A stretch of 64,000 nt of DNA, from IMG/VR virus record IMGVR_UViG_3300025138_000016. One strand, 5' to 3'. Positions 47,892 to 57,700 of the stretch are shown here, piece by piece. The position numbers and the translations under genes were made by a program. The first letter of the stretch is position 1. Each line of letters begins with the position of its first letter. Below the pieces are notes generated by a model. The model was not told where the DNA came from, searched no databases, and worked only from the letters and a program-made list of their open reading frames with translations. This stretch comes from a virus.

Positions 47892-48668
47892 CTAGTAAGT
47901 ACCACCGTCAATATCACTAAATGTTACATCATTATCCGAGATGGTTAGAAACTGGTTATTACTACCAGTCTGAAAACCTAGAGTAGTTGAATTGGCCGAA
48001 ACGAGTACTGAGTTAGAGGTGAAGGATGATACGTTAGTACCACCGTCTGAGACATTGAGCGGAGCCGTTAAACTAGTTATGGTTCCGTTAATAATGTTTG
48101 CAGATGTTACATCTCCAGCATTACTCGGATCGAAGCTTCCACTTCCACTCAACCCCGTATTACCGTTATATTTAGCTCCCGAGAGGTACGCGGACGTACC
48201 AGAAACTAAAGAACTCGGCAAATTAATTCCAATAAAATGTAGTACACCTGACTGATAGTCAAAGTACCATTCATCATTATTACCTGATCCTGTTTCGAAC
48301 ACTTGCGTACCGTTAGATACTGGATTGCCTGAACCGTCAGAATCGATATGAACCTTTAATTGATATGTAGCACCAAAAGTAGGTGGTATCCAATTAATGA
48401 TATTAGACTTCCATGTCCTTAATGCTTCCGATGTACCGTCGCCTGTTGCTGCTTGGCCATCATATACTACTACTGCTGTGACATTAGATGCCGGTTTAGT
48501 TGCTGGTATTAAAGCTGCATCTGCCCAGATGTAGTCTGGTGCAATAATAAACTTAGATACTATTGATTCATTAGGTGCTTTCTTAGCACTAGCTGAATCT
48601 GTCTTAGCTTTACCAAAGCCTACCTTTTTCCATAGTAGGTCAATTTTTTGATTATCTGAAATAGCCAT
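47892..48668 (-). CDS. virion structural protein
   Basis: 258 aa; NWIPPTFG..WYFDYQSGVL; ends IDGGTY. Confidence 0.7.
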   Translation of the reverse strand: MAISDNQKIDLLWKKVGFGKAKTDSASAKKAPNESIVSKFIIAPDYIWADAALIPATKPASNVTAVVVYDGQAATGDGTSEALRTWKSNIINWIPPTFGATYQLKVHIDSDGSGNPVSNGTQVFETGSGNNDEWYFDYQSGVLHFIGINLPSSLVSGTSAYLSGAKYNGNTGLSGSGSFDPSNAGDVTSANIINGTITSLTAPLNVSDGGTNVSSFTSNSVLVSANSTTLGFQTGSNNQFLTISDNDVTFSDIDGGTY

Positions 48669-51600
48669 TATTCAATACCAATTGATGAGATGTAGTCACC
48701 TGACTCTAATCCAATACTAATAAGTATTTGGTTATTAAAGGCATTGGTGGCGTTCTGATCACCTAGAGTTAAAGTAAATGTATTATTGTTGTATGTACTA
48801 CCATCAATAATTCTATCACCAGAAGTAAATGCACAACCGTCTGATCCATTACCACCTGCAGCTGTATTAGCTCCTGGTGTACCAGAACCAGCATATGTAT
48901 CACTAGCGTTTAGCCATCCATTTGAATCGGATGTACTATCTATATTTGTCTTTGGTGCGGCTATATGGAATGAAGATACCTTACCAGTTAATCTTACAGT
49001 CATATTAGCCATCGTTGTTCTTTTAAAAGCAAATCTAAAGTACTGAGTACCCGATCTACTTGTTGCTAGATCTGGACCAACTGGTAAGAAACCAGAAGAA
49101 AGATCTGTTGTATAATGAGTTAAGTTACCATAACGTACTACTGACTCATCTGTACCTGCAATAGTAACTGCTCCTGTCCAAGCATTAGATGCAAAGTAAT
49201 CAGTACTATCATTAAACGTTGGTGTAGCATTTGTAGATGAGAAGTTACTTAATCTAACTCCATCTGTATCAAAACCAGCTCCTAATGAATCAGCAACACT
49301 AATTGCATTTTCATTAACACCTGATGATGTACCATTATATGTTTGAATAGATACATTTGAGAATGATACGTTTGATCCAGTACCATTAACATTACTCATT
49401 CTCATCTTAAAGTTACCGACTCTTCTACCACCACCATTAATATTAATTTGGAATGTTTCCATATTAACGTTAGCACTCATACCTGTATTAGCAATAGGGA
49501 AGCCTGAGTTTAATGTAGCAGAAGGCAATATAACATAACCTTTTGTTTGTGAGTTTAATACTGAACCGCTATCACCTTCTGATGTTGAATCAGAGTATAT
49601 ATTAAATGGTGAAGACATATTTCTATAAAACTGTCCAGCAACGTTCGTTACTCTTGAGCTTACTACATTAAGTACTGCGTCATTTGTATAGTAAGGTATA
49701 CCAGATACATATGCTAATGTACCAGCTGCATTCTGTGTTACAGAAGCAGCATTAAATTTAATTGTTGGTTTGCTTGATAAATTATCTTTAACAAATCCAA
49801 TTGCATTAGTATTACCAGTTGCACTATGACTTAGTTTATAACTATGTGTTCCTGTACTGTGACCTGATTTAGATATTCTAGATCTAAAGCCACTATATAA
49901 TCCAGGTGCATGTATTCTATTAGATGCTGATACTGAACTACCTGAGTTATTAAAGTTATAAAAGTCAAGTTGATCAACTATTACTAAGCTGCCATTTGAT
50001 CCTGTATCATCACCAGCTGAGAAAGCTAATGTATTTCCTGCTACGTTATCTATAACTGCAGTTAATGTTCCAGCTGAGGCATTATATGTTACTTGGCTAT
50101 TAGCTTCGCCGTTAGTAGCCACAATACCAGCTGTTGTAAATCTTGTATAATCAGAACCAACTGAGAATGTTCCTTCAGCTGAGTTATCAATATGACCAAA
50201 AGCTAGTCTAGGAGATGATCCAGTTGATGAGGATGTAAATGATAAAGTCTTACTTGATAGCCCTTCTGGAGCAGCTATTGCTGTATCAAATATTTTTATT
50301 GTTTTTGTATTAGAAGATGGTATAGAAGCAGGGTTGGCAGTTGAGTGAGAATTAATAGATAATGTCACAGTATGCGTGCCTGTTCCAGTTCCTGAACTGT
50401 ATGTATGACCTAGTCTATCCCCTTGTGTCCCCCCGGCTACGCTTGTATTAGCGATACTATCAGTAGTACTATCGCCCCAGTTCACAAAGAACGTTCCTAC
50501 TATGTTATTAGCATTAGTTGTATCGTTATCTAAGAATATTTCCTGACCAGTATTAGCTTCAGATATTGTACTGCCACCTGATACTGCACTCTTAAGAAGA
50601 AGTCTCGCATCTGGATCTCCTGTATAAAGAGTAACTAAATCAACGCTTGTAAATGTAGCAGTATTACCTTCGCCTAATGCTCCGGTATTTCTAGCTGTAA
50701 CAACAACATCAAAAGGTGAGTTAGAATTATCTGTATATGAATGTGATGGAGTAGAGTCAGTAGTATTATTACTATAATTACCATCACCCCAATTAACATC
50801 ATATCTATCAGCGTTACCTACTGGTGTTATATTCAATGTAGTATTTAAAGGCGCTCCACCGAGTGCACCAGATGATACAGTAAACGTAACATCTCTTACA
50901 AATGTATTATTATATACATTAAGAACTGCTTCATTTAATTTATCGAAAGCATCTGCTACTGATGTAGTATTTGATATAGATGTTACTGCACCTTCTAAGT
51001 TACCAACACCTGAGCCATTTGCATAAGCTCCATCTGTAGGGTATCCTATATTAGTTGTATTACCAGTTGTACTGACAGCAGCTATTTGTGTATCTACATA
51101 CCCTTTGTTAGCTACTTCAAAGTCTGTAGTTGGGTTAGTTGCAACTGTTATCTGATTAGCGTATACTTGTCTATATAGTTTAGTAGATGATCCAAGATCA
51201 TACGATACGTTATCAGTTGGTATAATACTTGTATTAACTGATGCACCAAGAGATATAACATCTCCGCCATCACCAAGATTAATACTGCTACCTCTTAATA
51301 CTAAATCACCATTAACCGTTAAGGTATTAGATACTTCAATATTGTTAGCATATATTGTTGGTACATTAGCACTTGTACCTATTGTTAATACATCAATAGA
51401 TGCATTAGCAGAGACAGTTAAGTTATCTAAACTATCTGTTGCTATAGTAGCTGTATAAGTTGAACCATCAGCTCTTGTAAATAAAAGAGTATTGTTTGAT
51501 GATGTAAATACAGAAGTTGTGGTAGACGTATTTGTTATCGATGCTGCTACTTGGACATCGTAGGTGGTGCTGTCATCTCTGGTAAACGTAATAGTTTGGT

Positions 51601-52006
51601 TAGCAAACGCAAACGTAGCATTTGAGGTAGAGGTATTTGAAGAGCCGCCAGCATCAACATAAGCTTTGATAGCTTCAGCTGAAACCAAGGTAGTTGAGTT
51701 AGCACCAGTTAACGTATTAGTTGATACAACACCGACATAAGCAACATTAACAACGCCTGAATCGGCTAATGTCATACTGCTAGTCTTTATTGCATCAATA
51801 TGCGTATTGGTATCAACAACAATTGCTTGGTTAGCTGTTAATGTTCCTGGAAAACGAGCTCCGGCAACAGCTACGGATGTGCCATTTGTAAACCCACCAA
51901 TGTATAAAATTCCACCATTGGCTGTAAATGCAGGTTCACCATATACTATGTTCGCGAACGAAGCAGTATTCGTGGACCTTTTTATTCTTATTACAGTATT
52001 AGCCAT
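48668..52006 (-). CDS. large virion structural protein with PKD-like domains
   Basis: 1112 aa; N-terminal IRIKRS..GEP; ANKGYVD; two VNWGD...H.Y PKD-like segments. Confidence 0.75.
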   Translation of the reverse strand: MANTVIRIKRSTNTASFANIVYGEPAFTANGGILYIGGFTNGTSVAVAGARFPGTLTANQAIVVDTNTHIDAIKTSSMTLADSGVVNVAYVGVVSTNTLTGANSTTLVSAEAIKAYVDAGGSSNTSTSNATFAFANQTITFTRDDSTTYDVQVAASITNTSTTTSVFTSSNNTLLFTRADGSTYTATIATDSLDNLTVSANASIDVLTIGTSANVPTIYANNIEVSNTLTVNGDLVLRGSSINLGDGGDVISLGASVNTSIIPTDNVSYDLGSSTKLYRQVYANQITVATNPTTDFEVANKGYVDTQIAAVSTTGNTTNIGYPTDGAYANGSGVGNLEGAVTSISNTTSVADAFDKLNEAVLNVYNNTFVRDVTFTVSSGALGGAPLNTTLNITPVGNADRYDVNWGDGNYSNNTTDSTPSHSYTDNSNSPFDVVVTARNTGALGEGNTATFTSVDLVTLYTGDPDARLLLKSAVSGGSTISEANTGQEIFLDNDTTNANNIVGTFFVNWGDSTTDSIANTSVAGGTQGDRLGHTYSSGTGTGTHTVTLSINSHSTANPASIPSSNTKTIKIFDTAIAAPEGLSSKTLSFTSSSTGSSPRLAFGHIDNSAEGTFSVGSDYTRFTTAGIVATNGEANSQVTYNASAGTLTAVIDNVAGNTLAFSAGDDTGSNGSLVIVDQLDFYNFNNSGSSVSASNRIHAPGLYSGFRSRISKSGHSTGTHSYKLSHSATGNTNAIGFVKDNLSSKPTIKFNAASVTQNAAGTLAYVSGIPYYTNDAVLNVVSSRVTNVAGQFYRNMSSPFNIYSDSTSEGDSGSVLNSQTKGYVILPSATLNSGFPIANTGMSANVNMETFQININGGGRRVGNFKMRMSNVNGTGSNVSFSNVSIQTYNGTSSGVNENAISVADSLGAGFDTDGVRLSNFSSTNATPTFNDSTDYFASNAWTGAVTIAGTDESVVRYGNLTHYTTDLSSGFLPVGPDLATSRSGTQYFRFAFKRTTMANMTVRLTGKVSSFHIAAPKTNIDSTSDSNGWLNASDTYAGSGTPGANTAAGGNGSDGCAFTSGDRIIDGSTYNNNTFTLTLGDQNATNAFNNQILISIGLESGDYISSIGIE

Positions 52007-52236
52007 TATGCTACATCACCACCATCGATTATTAGTATAGTATCTAAAACACTTTTAGCAGAGAATACATTAGAGCCACTATCATAAGTAAGTACTTCAC
52101 CATCCTTCACAGAGTTAAAGTCAATAGTTAGACCTGTAACATCATTTACTGCTTGGGGTGAGGACTTTAAGACTTTTGTGACAATAGGTGTCGCAGAAGT
52201 TATGATTGTCGCTTTAAGATTACCTGACGAGACCAT
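52006..52236 (-). CDS. small structural adaptor
   Basis: 76 aa; DGEVLTYD; ends IDGGDVA. Confidence 0.65.
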   Translation of the reverse strand: MVSSGNLKATIITSATPIVTKVLKSSPQAVNDVTGLTIDFNSVKDGEVLTYDSGSNVFSAKSVLDTILIIDGGDVA

Positions 52237-52571
52237 TAATAACTGATCTCCGGTGTTACGGTTAAAGTACCTTGCAGTACTCTAGTAACCTCATTAGAGG
52301 CATTAGATACTTCGACATCATAGTTCCATCTTCCTGGTGCTATGTTGCCTGTGATTGTATTATTTGCGGATAGAGTTAGAACTCCTCCTGTTGGATCTGA
52401 TGTGGTATCACACGACATAGTATGATAAACATTAGATGACCAATGTTTTCTTATCTTACTATTACCTGAATAACCAGTCAGATTAAAAGCTGTTCCATCG
52501 GAACCTGTAACAATTAGTGAAACACTAAAGTCAGAGCCTTTATCCATTACTAGATTTGCTTTAGTTGCCAT
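52236..52571 (-). CDS. small beta-rich structural protein
   Basis: NLTGYSG.SKIRK..GRWNYDVEV..VTRVLQGTLTVTP. Confidence 0.7.
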   Translation of the reverse strand: MATKANLVMDKGSDFSVSLIVTGSDGTAFNLTGYSGNSKIRKHWSSNVYHTMSCDTTSDPTGGVLTLSANNTITGNIAPGRWNYDVEVSNASNEVTRVLQGTLTVTPEISY

Positions 52572-52615
52572 TCTCTACCTCTTTATAATATAGAGATATT
52601 TAGGCTTTCTCGAAA

Positions 52616-53434
52616 TTAGTTGTCTTCTAATTCATCGATTAAGTCTTCCCATATGTCCTGATGGTTAACTATTGTTGATAATGTAAACCTATTTGTACGA
52701 GCATGCGCAGCATGCCAGGAAGAATCTTCTGGATTATCCGACCATTTTACTATCGGATTATCCATACCTATTTTCTCTCTATGTATTTTTTCTGGTGCTG
52801 TTGATATAAATTGTCCTGCTCTACAGCTCCAACCCTTTGCGTCAGGGTATTCTAAAATCTCACCATTATCATAAGTAAAGAAGTCCCCTTCACCTATTTT
52901 GTTATAATGTAATAATATGTTATAACCTGGTGCATTTCCGTTATGATGCCAAGGTATAAATGTGCCAGGTGTATAAAAAGCACAAAGCGCCATTGCTCCA
53001 CCACCTAGAAAGTCAGCTGATATATCATATACAGCTTGTTTAAGTTTTGTACCTAAGAAGAACTTAGGATTGTTATAGAATGTTTGTCCAGCTAAGAATG
53101 TTTCCGCATTAGGAAATCCGCTAGTAACATGTGAGCCATTTTCTTTGCGCATTAAATTCATCTGATACTGAAGGTATTCCATACCACATGGATCCATCTG
53201 TCCATCTTTAATATCATCTCTTGTATGACTTGGTAGTATATCAAAGTGAGGAGATACTTTATACGCTTCTTTACCTTCTTTCCTTCTCTGCTCAGGGTTA
53301 CGATGATCAAAAGACAACTTATGTTCTCTATCTAAAAACTCTTTATCATCGAATACTTGATCAACAAGTCCAGATATATTATCTAATAGTTTAAGAAATT
53401 CTGGATTCTTAATCTTTACGTCACGCATTTTCAT
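52616..53434 (-). CDS. cupin/2OG-oxygenase-like enzyme
   Basis: FYTPGTFIPWHHNGN..GYNILL...WHAA....RFTL; double-stranded beta-helix pattern (Hx[N]...H...R). Confidence 0.6.
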   Translation of the reverse strand: MKMRDVKIKNPEFLKLLDNISGLVDQVFDDKEFLDREHKLSFDHRNPEQRRKEGKEAYKVSPHFDILPSHTRDDIKDGQMDPCGMEYLQYQMNLMRKENGSHVTSGFPNAETFLAGQTFYNNPKFFLGTKLKQAVYDISADFLGGGAMALCAFYTPGTFIPWHHNGNAPGYNILLHYNKIGEGDFFTYDNGEILEYPDAKGWSCRAGQFISTAPEKIHREKIGMDNPIVKWSDNPEDSSWHAAHARTNRFTLSTIVNHQDIWEDLIDELEDN

Positions 53435-53440
53435 TATAAA

Positions 53441-54301
53441 TTATCCTTGCTCATGAGGAGCTCGTGCTTGTTCCTTTTCTTCTTGGGTTAACGTCTCCCA
53501 TTCATCTTCAGCATCCTTATAATCTTCTGGTAAAGCTTTATGCATTAATTGACGATCTAATGGATGATGTTTTATTACTGGTGTACAGCCTGCCTCTTCT
53601 TCAGCATTTAGGTACATATTCCAATTCCATTTAGCCTGACCGAACTCAACAGCTGATACTTTTATACCTGGTGCGTCGAATTTCATTATATACCATAATG
53701 TAAATTGGTCCCAGCTTTTATTACCTATCCAATATTCAGGATGCTCGTCCCACCATTTTACTGAACAGTTTATTTCTTTATATCGAGGCCACCAATTGTT
53801 AATAACATTATTAGCTGCTTCAGTATCATTCCATAAAAAGAATCCACCATGCCATATAAAGTTTCTTTCAGGGTCATCATCTCGTATACCAGCATTACCG
53901 TCTTCGGCATATATGGCTGTTGATGCTCCAACTCTTGTTGTTATCTTACAGAAAGCCATATCATGCTCATCATCAAGTAGCTTCCATACATCCTGTATTT
54001 CAGGATCAACAATTTCCATATCAGCATCAAGATAGCATGTCTTTTTAAATGGTGAGAATGGTAGACCCCATAGCTTTGTTCTTGTACTATGTGGCATACC
54101 TTGATCTTCAGTAATAATATCTACTACTTGATCGTACTCTCTAAACTCATCTGCCCATGTATTATGTGTTACAATTAATACTTTACAGTCAGGATAGTAC
54201 TCATCTAATGAGTCTAATAGAATAAGTGCGTTATTTTTATACCAGGGATGTAGCGTCGCTACTATAACAAAACCTTTATCGTATGTCTTATTGACTGACA
54301 T
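53441..54301 (-). CDS. GT-A fold glycosyltransferase (GT8-like)
   Basis: RTKLWGL..SPFKKTCYLDAD (DxD)..HGGFFLW..WDQFTLW..WN..IKH; start moved to MSVNK. Confidence 0.8.
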   Translation of the reverse strand: MSVNKTYDKGFVIVATLHPWYKNNALILLDSLDEYYPDCKVLIVTHNTWADEFREYDQVVDIITEDQGMPHSTRTKLWGLPFSPFKKTCYLDADMEIVDPEIQDVWKLLDDEHDMAFCKITTRVGASTAIYAEDGNAGIRDDDPERNFIWHGGFFLWNDTEAANNVINNWWPRYKEINCSVKWWDEHPEYWIGNKSWDQFTLWYIMKFDAPGIKVSAVEFGQAKWNWNMYLNAEEEAGCTPVIKHHPLDRQLMHKALPEDYKDAEDEWETLTQEEKEQARAPHEQG

Positions 54302-54704
54302 CGTAATCACTCACAACTGCTGATGCATATACGTTTAATGCTTCAAACGTTTCTGCTTTACGAAGTCTTCGTTTTAGTTTTTTATTAGTAGAGGCTTTTA
54401 TTTCTGGAAGTTCGTAAAGAGTTAATTTTGCTTGGAACAGTTGTTCTGCAAAAGCTCTCTTTTCGTTTTCCTGTTGTTCTTGCTCTTGAGTGTCGCGTTG
54501 GGTTCTGTACTCATCTATATCAGCTTGAGTTCTTGCATCGATCTCATCTAGAGTAGTTTCGCGTAAAGCAGCATCCCAATTTTCGGTATCTGCTCTGTCG
54601 ATTATCATCTCACGACTTCCGGTGTCAGTTATTTCCCGACACCTTAGTCTTGTCTTTGTTTCTGGATCTTCCCACAAGATTTTTTTAAATCTTTTATCTG
54701 CCAT
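54288..54704 (-). CDS. hypothetical protein, possible chaperone for the hairpin proteins
   Basis: 138 aa; acidic helix then LFQAKL..ELPEIKAS..KRRLRKA; GAAGG RBS; CATAAATA upstream. Confidence 0.75.
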   Translation of the reverse strand: MADKRFKKILWEDPETKTRLRCREITDTGSREMIIDRADTENWDAALRETTLDEIDARTQADIDEYRTQRDTQEQEQQENEKRAFAEQLFQAKLTLYELPEIKASTNKKLKRRLRKAETFEALNVYASAVVSDYDVSQ

Positions 54705-54761
54705 AATAATTGTTCCTTCAAAGTCACTTGTATATCAAGTATTATATATTACATTGTATAT

Positions 54762-57700
54762 TTATGCAACTCTCAGCCATAGTTTAACTGTGCTTTCTAC
54801 ACTAGTACTAGCCATAATAGTATCACCTGAGAACTGTCCTGTAAACTGATTACTAAATGTACTTGTATACTGAGGACCTGGAGTCGATCTAGAATAGGTT
54901 CCATCTGAATAACTTGGTCCACCAGTAGCTCTAGCATAGCCTATTGCAAAGTTTGGTCCAACTACTAGTCTAGCATACTGACCATCTGTGTAACCTGGTC
55001 CAGGAGTAGTTCTAGCGTAGCCTACTGCATAGTTAGGTCCTGGTCTACTTCTAGTATATTGACCGTCTGAGTAGCTAGGTCCTGGTGTAGTTCTAGCATA
55101 GTTAGTTGTATACTGTGGTCCTGGTGTTACTCTAGTATAGTTACCATCTGAGTAGCTAGGTCCAGGAGTAGTTCTAGCAAAGTTAACTACGTAGTTAGGT
55201 CCTACAATTAATCTTGTATATTGACCATCTGAGTAGTTAGGTCCAGGTGTTGATCTAGCATAACCTACTGCATAGTTAGGACCTGGTCTGCTTCTTGTAT
55301 ACTGACCATCAGAGAATGTTACACCTGGTGTTGATCTTGTGTACTGTGCAGTAAATTGTCTTAAGAACGATCTACCATAACCAGCAGAGTAAACTCTTAC
55401 GAAGCCTCTAGCATATGCTCCTGTAAATTGTCTGTTGAATGCTCTTGAATAACCAGCTGAGAATTGTCTAGCAAATGCTCTTGAATACTGACCATAATAG
55501 GCTCTAGCAAACGCTCTACCATATCCTGCTGAATATACTCTAGTAAACTGTCTAGCATATTGACCAGCGTATTGCCTAGCAAATGCTCTTCCATATCCTG
55601 CTGAGTAGACTCTAGTAAATTGTCTAGCATATGCACCGTTATAAACTCTTCCGAATGATCTTCCATATCCTGCTGAGTAGACTCTAGTAAATTGTCTAGC
55701 ATATGCTGCTGAATATACTCTTCCGAACGATCTAGTATAACTAGCTGAATAAACTCTAGTAAATTGTCTAGCATATGCACCGTTATAAACTCTTCCGAAT
55801 GATCTATTATAATTAGCTGAGTAAACTCTACCAAACGATCTTCCATAAGCGCCAGCATATACTCTGCCATAGTTAACAGCATAAGCTGGCCCAGGCCTGC
55901 TTCTACCATAGTTTACAGCATAAGCTGGTCCAGGTCTTGATCTAGCATAGTTAACAGTATAGTTAGGTCCTGGTCTACTTCTTGCGTAGTTGCCGGTATA
56001 TACTCTACCATAGTTAACTGTATACTGTGCTGAATAAACTCTACCATAGTTTACTGTATAAGATCCGTAATAGATTCTTCCAAAGGATCTTCCATAAGAT
56101 ACACCATAATTTGGTCCAGGTCTTGATCTACCGTAGTTACCAGCATATAGTCTACCGTAGTTAACTGCATATGAACCTGAATAAGTTCTACCATAGTTAC
56201 CGTAATAAACTCTACCATAGTTAACAGCATAGTTTGGTCCATTATATTGAATGCCAGGTAAAGGTCCCCTAGCATATTGAGGTCCAAAGAAGTTAGAGCC
56301 ATCACCACCATTAATAGGTGAAGGTGATTGCCATGGATAGTTTCTTGAGAAAACTCCACCATAGTTAGTACTTGGAAAAGAGTTATTAAACTGTCTTGTA
56401 TAACTTACACCATAAGCTGGTCCAGGTCTTGCTCTGTTATAAGCCGGCCCGCCTCTTGATCTACCATATGATACGCCGTAGTTTGGTCCGCCTCTTGATC
56501 TAGCATAGCTACCGTAATAAACTCTACCGTAGTTAACAACATAGTTTGAAGTATAATTTGGTCCAGGTCTTGATCTACCGTATGCTACACCATAAGCTGG
56601 TCCAGGTCTTGACCTACCATAACTTACACCATAAGCTGGTCCTGGTCTACTTCTTCCGTAGTTACCTGCATATACTCTTCCGAAAGCTCTTCCGTATGCT
56701 GCTGAATATACTCTACCGTAGTTAGTTGCATATGCACCATAGTATACTCTACCATAGTTAACAGCATAAGCTGGCCCAGGTCTGCTTCTTGCGTAGTTAC
56801 CGTCTGAATAACCTGGTCCTGGTCTTGATCTAGCATAAGCTACATCATAGTTAGGACCTGGTCTACTTCTAGTATAGTTACCATCTGAGTAGTTAGGTCC
56901 AGGTGTTGATCTAGAATAGCCTACTGCATAGTTAGGTCCTGGTCTTGATCTGGCATAGTTACCATCACTATAGTTAGGTCCTGGTCTGCTTCTTGCGTAG
57001 TTAACAGTATAGCTTGGTCCTGGTCTACTTCTAGTATAGTTACCATCTGAGTAGTTAGGTCCAGGTGTTGATCTAGCATAGTTAACAGTATAGTTAGGTC
57101 CCGGTCTGCTTCTTGTATATTGGCCATCTGAGTAGTTAGGTCCAGGTGTTGATCTAGCATAGTTAACAGTATAACTTGGACCTGGTCTAGTTCTTGAATA
57201 CTGACCGTCTGAATAATTTGGTCCTGGTGTCGCTCTTGCATAACCTACTGTATAGTTAGGTCCTACAATTAGTCTAGAATAGTTACCATCTGAGTAATTA
57301 GGTCCAGGTGTTGATCTAGCGTAGTTAACAGTATAGTTAGGACCAGTAGTAGTTCTTGCATATTGACCATTAAATACTCTCTGGAATTGTCTTGCATATT
57401 GACCAGCATATTGTCTAGCAAACGCTCTAGTATATTGCGCTGAGAATACTCTAGTAAACTGTCTAGCATATTGACCGTTAAATTGTCTCTGGAATGATCT
57501 TCCGTATCCTGCTGAGAATGATCTAGCGAACTGTCTAGCATATTCACCAGAAAATGATCTAGCAAATGATCTTCCATACCCTGCTGTAAATGATCTAGCA
57601 AACTGCCTAGCATATTGACCAGCAAATTGTCTAGCAAATGCTCTTGAATAGTCTGCTGTAAATGATCTATTAAATGCTCTGGCGTATTGACCAGTAAACT

